NCBI GenBank assembly: GCA_903813345.2
Contig: CAIIXF020000001.1
Coordinates: 39,804,001-39,868,000 of the forward strand
Length of the DNA stretch: 64,000 bases
Source: Owenia fusiformis
Lineage: Eukaryota
Direction: 5' to 3'
The notes under the pieces are model-generated. The model saw only the letters and a program-made list of their open reading frames with translations, had not been told where the DNA came from and searched no databases. Shown in pieces: positions 37,773 to 50,244 of the stretch. The first letter of the stretch is position 1, and each line of letters starts with the position of its first letter. Position numbers and translations under genes: made by a program.

Positions 37773-40332
37773 ATGCCGTTCGGAGTCAAGCCAATGTGTA
37801 CAACATGCAAAACAGCCAATTCAACTATGTGGAGGAAAGGGGGAAGAGGAGAGGTGTTGTGTAACTCATGCGGATTGAAGCAATTATCACCAACCATCAA
37901 AGAATCTGATTCTCCAGAACCTCAAATTATTAATCCAACAGCGGCGGGAAAATCTAGTTCAAGTATTAATAATTCAAATAATGCAGAAAAATCAAAATCT
38001 CAGAACTCTGTGAATGAATCAACAGCAGCTACAAGGAAAAGCTCCAGAATTAAACCTCCTAGAATGAAGGGATCGTCAGGAAAGAATTTTGCTACGAAGG
38101 GTAAAAATAGGAGAGTTATCTTCAAGAAGAATGTAAGTTTTTACAGGTTTCTAGTTTTATTTATCATAACAACATTTAATGATAGAAGTTCAAAGTTTCA
38201 AAATTGATGAAAGTCTTCTGTAAACTTCCTTGACAACTTCAGCTCTGAAGAATAAGAAATTTATCTTATATTCACCACATCAACTTACCAGTATATTATC
38301 GTATCTTACCGACCACTTTATTATGTTGTTAGATCGCCAATTATATGGGTTTATCGGCAGAACGAAGAGATTTTAGTTTTTACATCGGAAATATGTCGGC
38401 AATTTTCAAAATGTCGGAAGGGGAATTCCCCAGGGATTTCCCTTATGACTGGTGCATGCCGGGAACTGAATGGAGGAATTTGACTGTTGAAATAAGTTAA
38501 ATATTACACAGAATTCTAAAATACTCTGGAATGTATTGAGGTAGGTCATTTAATAGTGCAATGCGTAGTTCATTCTCCGACATTGTAGAAAGACAGGCTT
38601 ACCAATGAATCGGGCATACGACCACAATCTAAAGGGGTCGTAGGATGCGATAAACCAGTATACAGTATGGGATAGGTTCTTTGATGCCCTAAGCTACAGT
38701 GTGAAACTTTGTCAACATAGCTGTTTAAGGACAATTTAAAGAAGACTATACCTTGCTTAGAAGCTAGGATTGGAAAAACCTGACTCGACTTTTGGCAGCC
38801 CATGATATAACGCTTTAGGCCATATGAATTATAACATACCTGTACATGTACATCTATAGTTAAATTCCAATAACTATAAAGCCTGTAAAAATATTTCAAC
38901 ATTATATATATTTTCAGCCTATTAAATCAGCAACATCTGTGGCAACAGTTGTAACAACAACCAATATATTTCACAATGTAAGTTTATATAAGATTTACTG
39001 TGTAGTATTATATAAATTAAAGAATCTCAATCTTAATTCCTTAACAATAATTATTTTGGCTTCTTTATTTATCATTGCATTCATGTAAAACAAATGGTTG
39101 GATCTTAAGAGTGAGGCTTGGGTCAGTAAAAATGAGATTATAACTGAAAGGGTGCAAAAATGATGAAATCCTCAATGATGGGATGGAAATTATGATCATG
39201 AATAGCGCAATTTTTATTGATTCCAAATTCATGCTTATTAGTTAATTCTCAAACTCAAAGTGTGGAAAGTATAGGCATATCTAAATATACTGTACGAAGA
39301 TTTAATGCACATTACTATATTAAAGCTTATATCACTACTAGATCTATTGTAACTTTTTTAAGTGATTTAAGTAGACAAAAATAGGGGTATTACTTCAAGT
39401 TTTCCTTGTTTTCAGGGTATATACTATCAAGTAGGTGACATTGTATCTCTGGTAGATGATGAGGATGATGAAGGTGTGTATTACGCTCAAATACGAGGTT
39501 TCCTTCAGGATCAATACTGTGAGAAAAGTGCTGTCATTACTTGGTTGTTGCCAACATTAGAGAGTACTCCGGGACGTTTTGATCCTGCCACTTTTATCTT
39601 AGGTTTGTTGCTACGCATTAAAGTTTGTATTTATTTGCTGAAAATTAAATGGACATTTGAAAATAAAATTTCAAGTTAACATAAAATATAAGTTAATTGG
39701 TGACACTCATTCAGAATTTAATTACACTTATATGTAAGTGCTGAAGGGAAAATGAACAAAAGTCGTTACAGAACACAAGAAAAAGAAAACATCAAAGAGT
39801 ACACCAGTAATAAGGAAAACTAATCCCAACTATCCCAAATCATAATACATGAATTATAGTAGTATTGTAGCAACTCCTGTTCTCTGTACTGTAGTAAAAG
39901 TGGTTTCATTGCAAAATGACATTGCTTGATTGTTGGACACACATTTAATCTGTTTAATCAGTTAATTGCACATTTAGAATTCAAAGAGGGAAAAATCAAA
40001 AATCAATTTCACATCAGTTTCACTCATTGCCTGAGGCACATGTAGTTTTGAGGCCTTGTAATAACTTTCTGTTGACAATTTCAGGGCCTGAAGAAGATAT
40101 ACCTAGAAAAATGGACTATTTGGACTTTGTCTGTCATGCTCCTTCAGACTACTACAAATCACGAGGTACCCCATTCTCTACTATACCTCTAAAACCAGAG
40201 CTAGCATTTATATGGACATCTATAGGACCCCAGATTAATACTCTACCAACCACTGATGAGATATTTGGAGTTAATATTAAGGAAACTCGTACACAACAGG
40301 CAGCCAAAAAAGAGCTTAAAATGGAAGGTTAA
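37773..40332 (+). CDS. GATAD1: GATA zinc-finger domain-containing protein 1 (284 aa), 4 exons
   Basis: Exons 37773-38132, 38918-38977, 39416-39602, 40085-40332, in frame. Motifs MPFGVKPMCTTC..MWRK..LCNSC, KGKNRRVIFKK-PIK, YQVGDIVS..YYAQIRGFLQDQYCEKSAVITWLLPT..FDPATFILGPEEDIPRKM. Confidence 0.96.
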
Positions 40333-41879
40333 ATTTACTAAAAGACTATTATAGTATGTATTGAATATGAATCCTGGGTCATTGTCATGCATCTACTTAA
40401 GACAATCTGACATAATATACTCCAATAAAAATCATAAAGCCTCCAATTTACATCATCAATAGACTTATTAGCTTCAGTCCTTATTCTATAAATACTGTAT
40501 AGTTTATTTTAAAAAAATCCTTCAAGACATTTCATATACTTACATGCCTTTTTACATCATGTACATATGCATGAGCTTAGCAAGTCAACAATTGTTGATA
40601 TAAAATTGAACAATAAGTGTAATACCCCATGTTTACATTTTCTCAATGTACTAGTACTGTATATTGAAGAAAAAGAACATACAGTCTGACAGTATAGTAC
40701 TATATCTAGTACTAATACTAGTAATTGTAGATAATCAAATACAAAAAGAGTGATTACAATCGCCCAACAACACTGGACGAAACGTTTTACACCGAACGAA
40801 ACATATCAAAAGTCCCGGTTCAAATCCCCGGGGATTTAAAAGACAAATTTCGCGACGATAAATGTTCGCGATTTTACTTCATTCGCGAACAAAGCGAAAT
40901 TAAATCGCCCGCGAACAATACCCGGAGTACAGTATTTTATCATTTTTAAATTTATTCTCTTGCTACATGATTTATAACAAAAGGAAAATTTGTGCCAAAC
41001 GTCTGTTGATGATGCAAGTTACAGGTTACAGGTGAGACACATTTCAATTTTGTTAAATATTGACTTGTTTCAACTTAAACAATAATGTTAAATGGAATTC
41101 TAGATCTGAATTTTTCCTGGATATTTTAAAAGAATTGGTATTTCGTGTATGAACAAAAACTGGAAAATGCTAGCTTCATATCAGCTAAAAGAGGCAAAAT
41201 GTAATAATGGGGTACAACATTAAGTGTAGATTTTTGTAATCATATACTGCCCTCTTTATATGTGAACATGAAATAAGTCTCACTTCAAGCTCTTGTAACT
41301 TGTAACCCACCCATACACCCATACGCCTCACCTACAGTGTTGAAAGTGTAGAAGCATATCCCGAGAACTAATGCAAGACTAGAATTGAATTAAAAATTAT
41401 ATTTATGAAATAATGATTTTATTTGTAATATAACATACAAATGAAAAATGTTTACATAATATTCTGTATGTACACATAGGAATCAATTGAATGTTTTAGT
41501 TGATTCTATTATTATTGAAATATTCATAATTTATATCATCATGGCATATACACAATTTGATGAAATTAACATAAGAAAACGTATGTTTCAAATAGTTCTC
41601 ATATTACATATTCAATGGTACAATGAATGATGAAACAGAAATATATTTGTATTACATAAAAGTATAAAATGTTTGATATTTACAATATATTACTACAGCA
41701 TACTTTTGATGTTAGTTAATTCAACTGTACATTATAAGAATAACCATGTTTCAGAATCGAAAAATACCAAATATGTACAATACATTTTCTATCTTTTCAC
41801 TTAAAGTCTTCAGGCTTGGAACATTCCTAATAAATGGCTAAACAGTTCAAAATGATGCCTATTTATAAACAATCTAATA

Positions 41880-44012
41880 CTAATGGTGTCTGTACCATGT
41901 TATTGAATAAACTATAAAGGCAGCTGCTGAGTAGAGTAGTGCAGAAGAGAGATGTCTGTCCACCCCACATGTTGGGATGTCCCATGCGTTCTTGTCTGTC
42001 ACTATTGTAGAATTCACCTCAATCCAGAATACTTCTTGTTGCCTTACAAATGTGCCTCTAAAATAAATATCAAAATTAATCAAAGATTTAATAAATTCTT
42101 TGAGATAAAAGTCCGATGGGCATACATTTGAAGTATATATTATCTATGATTATATACATTGAATTTAGCAAGTTTGAAATATACACTGTCCTTCTAACAG
42201 TGAACATTATTATAATGCTTTCATTCTGTTTTCATTCTCAAAAATCATAACATTTATTTAGGAAATGTTATTATACTGCCTATTACCATTTAGTGGAAAT
42301 TTTTTACTTTTCCATCTTGTATAGTTCCTTCATCCAATGTAGACTCTAGATTCTTACAAAATTGATACAATAATCTGATTAACAATCAACTAAATGTTTG
42401 AAAATTCCATTTATTTTTTTCTCATCTTGTTTTTCAAATGTTGCTCTCACGCTTTATCATAACGAATTTGAACATATTTTATAACATATAACTGGTTGTA
42501 ATACCTGAACAGCACAGGGCCAAGGTTGGCGTTTTTTGATGTCCATGAAATTGTTTCATTGATCTTCCAGTTTCGTGTTGTGTGGGTGGCAGCACTCTGC
42601 AAAATATGAGATGAAAGCTTAATAGATTTAATTGCGCACACACGTTCAATTTGGCTTGCTTGTTTCAAGTTTTGTGTCACTTATTTTTATGCTTGTATGT
42701 TTTCCATGTGGCTTGCATGCATATGGTGATGTCGAAGAGGCTCGTGGAATGTTCAATAAGGATCATAAGAAGTTGATAGTAATCAATCGCACCCCCCCCC
42801 CCTGACTGAAAGCTGCCTACGCCCCTGAATCTCTAATAAAAAGAACTACATTGAGTTCATCTAGACATTAATTATCACTTGTAAGTACATGATTTTGTTT
42901 AAGATCTTTATCAGATTAAATTGTGATGATGGTATTATAGCTCTTGTATTTGGGGTTGATTGGGAGATTGTCACAAATGTGGGAAATTGTTTTGTATCTT
43001 GAGGTTTTAAGATGATGTCATTGTACCTTTCCTGGCTATTGTATAGTGTTCAGGGTTTTTCGAACAATCTCATATGATATAGATTTTAGCGAACGTGGGG
43101 GTTATCAATGATTGCGCTGATTAGACTGTATCTTGTACTTATTGTGCTGAGGAGACCGCCATCTCCATTGGTTGTTCTACAGGAACTGATTGTACAAAAA
43201 CACAACCATCCCTACATGCCCTAGTGATGATGCTACACCAGGTGCAGATATGATACAATAAAGCCCTCAGGTTCGCTACATATAATTTTAGGTCATGAGG
43301 GATATGGTAAAAATCATGGGGATATGATATATGTCATGTGAGGATATGTGATCTAGTCCCGGGGATCTAGTCGAGACTGTTTATGGGAGACGATACATGT
43401 AGTTTCGTTGCAAGCTTACCCGCTGTCTATTCCAACATGTTACCGCAGACATCCTATCATCATATGTTCGGAACTCTCCTACTGGGTCATCATGTACTCT
43501 GTAGGTGATTGGATGGGGGGCTGCCGTGGAGTACCCGGGAAATGGTGTTGTCACGGGGTCGGTTATTTCACGACATTTCACCTTCCTTGCTTGGATAAGA
43601 ACTCCGGAATAGTAACCACCCCATAAAGCTCTAAGTTGAACTGAAACAGAACATTGGAAGAGTAAGAAATTGTCATAATATGAATTCATACCTTCGGAGA
43701 AATATTTTAGATAGTGAATGCCTGTTTCCTCGATTAATATGATGAGGCTAAAATCATAGGGCATCTAACAAATAAATAATGTGGAATACACTTACTATGA
43801 ACTTCATCTCTGTCATGTACGTATTCATTCTTCAACGGTACTATTTCAAATGGCGGTTCTTTGGGCGAATTAGGGAGGGGTTGCCAATTCTGGGGATACT
43901 TTCCGTGCCTTGGCATCATTGTATCACATGCCTGTTGGGGTGCTCCATTTGGAAAACTCCATACTACTCCCAGAGTTCCCAGTGTAATCAACAGAGTGAT
44001 ATACATGTACAT
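41880..44012 (-). CDS. Reeler-domain (defense-protein-like) secreted protein with hydrophobic C-terminus, 235 aa, 4 coding exons
   Basis: Exons 44012-43796, 43640-43420, 42596-42505, 42057-41880, in frame. Signal peptide, then FPNGAPQQACDTMMPRH, GVLIQAR, VGEF, SAATH, W....LGPVLFRGTFV....FW, which are Reeler-domain hallmarks. Confidence 0.9.
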
Positions 44013-44861
44013 CTTTGTCAAAATGGTTCTGAATATAAACATATTGTATATAAGTCTTCAGGTTTTATTTGACGGATTATTCTATCTAGAAACATTACTA
44101 TATCATACAATAAACATAATGCTGAATATGACCATGCTAGTATATGTCTTGTAGTTTGTTTGGTCAGTTTGGTATATTGACCAGGAAATGTAGATTGTAA
44201 AGCATAATGTTGAACTATATAATCATATTTGAATCTGATTAACAGAAATATGCTAAATAGTTTCAAAATTGGATCTTTTCAATAATGATTCGAGGAACAG
44301 TGTGTTAGTCGTAATATAAACCTTTATAAATAAGTGTTCTTTAAGTATTCAACTTATCTTTTTAGGCTTACGTACCTTTTAATAGAAAAGCAGTTGAAAG
44401 TGTGCCTTAATAATCATTCCTCCATTTTGTTTGTTAAACTACATAAATGATATCAGTTTGAACTTTGATATCATAGATCTGATTCTATAAACAATGATTC
44501 ACGAATAAGGGTCAATCATTAACTAGCTTTTGCAAACCGTTGGGTATAGTTATTAGTACTGTCCTTCACACGTACAGGGTGATCAAACATAGTTGTATCC
44601 TTCATAAATATGTACTTTACAATTTTGTTTAGCAGCCTCAAAGATTTAATATATCATTGATAATGTGAGTCATTTTGCAACAGAATTTACATCTTAAATG
44701 ATCAAATCGTGTTTATCTTAAATACTGTTTTATATTACGGTATTTACCATTTGGATAATTTAGCATCGTATTAATGAATTATCAATCAATCCAGACAAAA
44801 TTGTTTATTTTTTATGGATGAATATATTTTGCACGCATGAATTGGTTTATCCACATAAGAT

Positions 44862-47603
44862 TTATTCAAAATTTGGTCTAAAATTGTTGTAATATTCCCC
44901 CAATTCTGTCAGGTCCGATGAAAAGGCATCCATGAGATTCACGGTGGGATTTGTCACTCCACCCTCATTCATCTTGCGGTTGACGTACCAGGAATAGCGA
45001 AACACAAAGCTTGCTGCTTCTAATCGTGGAAGTAACTCAGCCATGTAGTTCAGTTGCCTCACTGTCGAATCTCCACCTATTGGTATAATCACCAAGATGA
45101 CGATAGGTTAAAGGGAGACATTGCGTCATGACAAAGAAAAAAGGAAGAAGAATGTGGAAACAAGTCACTCACACTGTCAATTAAATGCATACAAAGCTTT
45201 TGTGCAAATATTAAGCCGTTACTAGTATACTATGTCATTTAGATAGTTGATTTCAGCGAAAACATCCATCAAACGCTAGAATGTACCTGGACACGCGAAC
45301 TCAGTCAGCCATATTGGTTTCTCATATGCCAACCATAACGCCTCAAGGAAATCCATCATGCTATCAGGGTTGCACGTATAGAAATGTGTTGCGAGATAAT
45401 CTACCTGACAACCCTGACATAGGTCGAAGAACTCGTTGAACCATTCGAAGGCATCTCCATGACAATTCAGCTCAGACCCACAGGGAACTGCGGCGGGAGA
45501 CACCAGCTGTTTGCCGGTCCTTCGCGCCTCAGCTTCCATTTCTGGCCACACAAGAGCAGCCTCAGCTGGTGTCATATCAGCCTTTATGCAAAATATTGAC
45601 GAGTTTATGTAACCAAAGGAGGACCTTACCCTACTATCACACCAAACTAGTTCTCACTACGTTCTCGAAAACGGGTTTCAACTGTGTACGAACGGACTGG
45701 ACCTACTAAGAACCGTTTGAGATCTATTTACAAACGTCATCGAACGTACTCGAACGGGTAGGTCCTCTAGAACTTAGACAATGCTCAAAATGTTCTCGTG
45801 GTCGTCACGTTCTACAATTAGAACGAGTGAAAACGTACTAAAGACGAGCTGGACGCACTACGAACGGAACCGTCGTACTTCAATCCTACTAGGGACGTTT
45901 TAACAACGAGTTTAACTGTCTGAGGACGTGTTGAGAACGAGGTAGAGCTAATTGCAAACGGGTTTAAACTGATTAAGAACGTATTTAACACTGCTTATGA
46001 ACGAGTTAGCAAAAATATAGCTATCACACCAAACAAGTTGCCACTGCGTTCTTCAAAACTGGTTTTAAACTGTGTGCGAACGGAATGAACGTAGCTGCAA
46101 CTTTCTAAGGTCTATTTACGAACTTTATTAACGTTCTCAGACGGGAATGTGATTTTAGAATTTTGAATCGATTCAAAATTCGATGGCGACCATACCGTTC
46201 TGTAATCAGGTCATGTTGACCTTCTAGACTAAGGGACGCGTTCTACTACGTTGCACACCGACGTGGTGCGACCTGAACGAACTGCGAACGAGATGGACGT
46301 ATTGAAGACTGTTTAAGAACGAAGAAGCTAATTATTCCAGACATATTTCCCGACCACAGCCAGATTGAGCCCGTTTTACGACGTTTTCGTAGGACTGGCA
46401 AGAACGGGTAAGAACTAGTTTGGTGTGATAGGGGGGTTAGTACAGGCCCGTATTCCCCGTAACCATGGTAGGTTTGGGGAATTTCTACTTGGCAGAAAAT
46501 TCTTTCATTTATCCCCACCCCATGGATTTTAAAAAACCGACCCCCTCCCCTTGGCAAAAGCTGGCTAAAATGGTGATCAGGAAACATAAATAAGATAAAT
46601 TGCATGAAACAATGTCATCACTTGGCCGTAATTTCAAAAGTATAACAACTTGTTACAGACGCCTATACCCGAACACTGGTCACGGTGTAATAGTCATTAT
46701 GGGGCACAGATCATCCCTAGCAGGATAAAATGTGATAACAATACTCTTATATAACTCCAAGGATTAAATACTAAATAACTATGCATCACCTGTCCCCTGT
46801 GATTGGGCTCGTTGAACCCAAGAATGTAACTTCCCGTTGATGGAAATCGATCAGTGACATTTGTACGACTCCACCACTTCCATTGCATCGGGACGTACTC
46901 TATGTGATCCGGCGGTGTCCATTCAGGGTTGGCAGTGCAGTTGTTTCGTCTCTCATACATTGGCCAATGGCCCCAGTCATACCTACCTCATAGTATTTCT
47001 CAATAGATTAAAATGGCACAAATGATAAAACGTCAGGAATATGAATCAGAATATTCAACTGTCCAAGAACTGTACAAGATTGACTGGTTAGTGATCATGC
47101 AACCAAACTTGTATTCGCGAATGCAAATAGCGGCTAGCGCCTACCGGATTAAACTACTATTCATTGGCAACTCATTTAAATATGACAATCAAGTACCTGC
47201 CACTATTCCTTCATAGAATGAGTTGGTCAAAAAATAGTAGGTTAATCCGGTACCAGACAGCCGAAAGTTGCATTCACGAATACAAGCTTAGATGATATCC
47301 TCTGTAAAAGGGTAGGAGGTCCTATCAAAATATGGTCCTACTCTTCATTGATTTATATGGTGACCTCTTTCCCTTATTATCTTGTATACCCTTGGAAAAC
47401 CCTTGGACAAGTCGACAAAATTCACTGATTAGCCACCATATAGATTAGGAATCTTACCACCATGTCACATCTTCGCCCCACGGACTATAGTCACTGCAGA
47501 AGTTAACGCTGGGTGTAAGTGCCGCACCTTTCTTAATTGAAGGTCTCGACTCTCCAGAAGTTAGACCTAAACAGACGAGTCCGATCATGAAAACCAAAAA
47601 CAT
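44862..47603 (-). CDS. Secreted glycoside hydrolase of the GH128/Asl1-like (Glyco_hydro_cc) family, putative beta-1,3-glucanase, 282 aa, 4 exons
   Basis: Exons 47603-47458, 46982-46790, 45581-45287, 45076-44862, in frame. Signal peptide, KKG, WWYDW, EYVPMQW, LGFNEPN (acid/base Glu), LVSPA, VDYLATHFY, KPIWLTEFAC (nucleophile Glu), VFRYSWY, LTELGEYY. Confidence 0.92.
45629..46436. mobile_element. PIF/Harbinger-type MITE with internal duplication in GH128 intron 2
   Basis: TTA|CCCTACTATCACACCAAACTAGTTCT...AGAACTAGTTTGGTGTGATAGGGGGG|TTA; the left-end block is repeated, diverged, from 46021. Confidence 0.85.
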
Positions 47604-47780
47604 TTTTGCTTAACTGGCTATTCTTACTAAAAACAATTGTTGACTTTGGCCATGTAGTTGATAGTGTGTGAGTAATTACAGATGTTATGAACTTGAATTA
47701 TATTTCTGTCACAATGAACAACTGAATATAGGTCTGCTATGTGTGAAATACTTAATAAATAGAAACATTTTGAGGAATTA

Positions 47781-47880
47781 CTCTTTTTCTTATGCAAAAT
47801 CTCTTTTTCTTATGTAAAATCACTTTTTCTTATGTAAAATCACTTTTTATGTAAAATCACTTTTTCTTATGTAAAATCAC
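47781..47880. repeat. ~21-bp tandem repeat x5 (CTTTTTCTTATGTAAAATCA) upstream of the GH128 gene
   Basis: Directly visible. Confidence 0.9.
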
Positions 47881-48174
47881 CATGGGTAGTCGTACCGAGT
47901 AATTGTGTTGATCAAAAGCATGACTGACCTCTGAATGAAATGTATCTTAGTTCCCCAAACGCCAATGCGCCGGACATCACCCACTTTACCCTTCCTTTAA
48001 AATGGATGATGATGACCGGAGCCCTGCGTCCGAAGGATGTACGCAATGCTCTTGAAATGTCGATAAATCTCCCCGTCAATTCATTTCGAGATGAAGGTTT
48101 CGACTAATCCATGCAGTAGACCTTTCCAATAAGCCCTTCCACCTTTTGGTATATCAAATAAGTTATGATATATT

Positions 48175-48685
48175 CACACCGGAATAGCCTGACAACGGTA
48201 AAGTCAGATATCGTTTTCACAAATGGCGGACATACTAGTAACCGTCGCTTTAACTCTCATCACTTTGTCCTCATTTCATGGGATTTTATCGTCGCTAATT
48301 CTGTGTATGTATTAAACTCTTGTTATGATGTTTCATATGAAATCCCAATTTCGTTCAAATTGGGTCGTGAATCGCCACAATATAGCGTCGATATCGTCAA
48401 TGACAACGGAATCTGAATTTGGGTAATCTAGAAAGACAACGGCATATGGTAATTACAGTGTCCGTTGTCCCGTATCTCATTTTGATCGGTTAAATTAAAG
48501 ACTTTATTTCATCATTAACTGTACAATGAGTATTAAGACACTTTGATTGAATGTTGTTCCAAAGGAATTTAGTCTAGGTGCTCTATTAAACATACAGTTC
48601 ATGAAAATCTAATTGAAGCGACGGTTAAGTCCGCCATTTGTGACAACGGTATCTGACTCTACCGTTGTCAGGCTATTCCGGTATG
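48175..48685. mobile_element. Non-autonomous DNA transposon with CAC termini and 5-bp TSD (Transib-like), copy 2, inverted relative to copy 1
   Basis: ATATT|CACACCGGAATAGCCTGACAACGG...CCGTTGTCAGGCTATTCCGGTATG|ATATT; the interior is the reverse complement of 9266-9740. Confidence 0.87.
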
Positions 48686-48719
48686 ATATTGGCTGCAAGA
48701 CTGATGATGTCATAAGTTG

Positions 48720-49213
48720 TACTTTTCAAGTTAAACGGGCAATGAACATATTTTTGAAGGAAAAGGACAAAATATTATTTGAGACATGTTACTCACACAC
48801 TCAATCAAATATGATAAAAACTTTAATTTGGGTCAATACTGAAGTGAAAAAAATTACTTGCATAGAAAACAGCATTTGAAGTTCAGATATCTAAAGAAGT
48901 GAATTACCACTTTTCACAAAGTGCATGTTTTAAATAACTCTTGAATTAAAAGATGGCGTATGTTTGAAAATCCTATCAAAAATGAATAAGGATAATTAAT
49001 GCAAACAACAATGCCATCTTTCAATGGCATTGCTATAAACTTGAAATATATAAATTGATAGATCAAAAATATTTTTTCATGATCTAGTGTCAACTCTGAT
49101 GGGATCTGTTTGAACTGTTTTGGTGTCAAATGAAAGATCGGGTACTTATTAATCCATTGGAAATACTATGACGATCAAATATGAGATTTCATTTACGCAT
49201 TTTGTTCCTTTAA
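48720..49213. mobile_element. Truncated copy of the Kolobok-like element at 18218-18990
   Basis: Reverse-complement match; ends tttgttcct|ttaa. Confidence 0.7.
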
Positions 49214-50244
49214 TGCAGTAGACAGTAGGTATTCGTCTAAGATATAACTAGTGACACCATCTAGCTAATTCATCAGAACTTCTTTGATTTACCAAAATGT
49301 ATTATACGTGTGACAAGCTCAAGGAGGGAAAATCGACATAAATGTATTACTAAGATTAAAGAGGATATAATGAATAGCAGAAATATCAATATTTTTGCTT
49401 GTTGCTTGCTGTGTGTCTATAATTGTATTAATGAAGGATATAAAAGATCATTGTATTTTTTAAACAATCTGTGCGCATTTATATCCGTTGTTGTAATCTA
49501 AGAAAATATCTCACACAGGACATAATTTCATTTCTCTTCAGGTAATTTTTCTGATAAACTGTAGCACAGGTATACAATTTATTCAATAATGACGCATTTC
49601 TACAATACAGCATCCGATAGGTTTGTAAGGTAGTCAGAATGGAAGTGTCAGCGAGAGAAAGTATAATACAATAGAATAAGGGCAGGTGATATGGATTAAA
49701 GAAGTTCGATAAATGTATGCTCTGCTCAGATGACAGTGTTTCTGTTTACAATGGTTTACATTGAACCTAATTACACATCAAGGAATTTATCGTCGAAAGT
49801 ACCATTTGATTATAAACTGCAATTTATTGGATGGTATCGCTACATCTAAATTGAGATCAACAGCAATGAAGATTAATAAAACATTGAGGATTCCTACAGA
49901 TCAACAGGGATTTGCCAGAAATGATTTTCAGGTGAGCTTAATTATGTATAAATTACTTTTCATACTATTACGTGCAAGTAAAAGCCATGATATAACTACT
50001 CAAATCAATTCTAATAAAGCTATAAAATATTGTTGTTTTCGATATCATTCTACCAGATGCGACACATTGATTTAATATTATATATTATGTTATAGAAGAA
50101 GGAAATCAGAGCAGTTCGTTACCAGGCAATAGGGAAATTTAATATACCACATCGAGAGACAATATTGAACTATATATCCAGATCAGGAGAAATGGACGCT
50201 TGACACTTTTATAGTAAGAAGTATACTAAATAAGAAGTAGAACA

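Noticed and set aside
48175..48210. True V(D)J-type RSS (heptamer, 12/23 spacer, nonamer)
   Set aside because: The heptamer is CACACCG and no ACAAAAACC-like nonamer occurs at either spacing.
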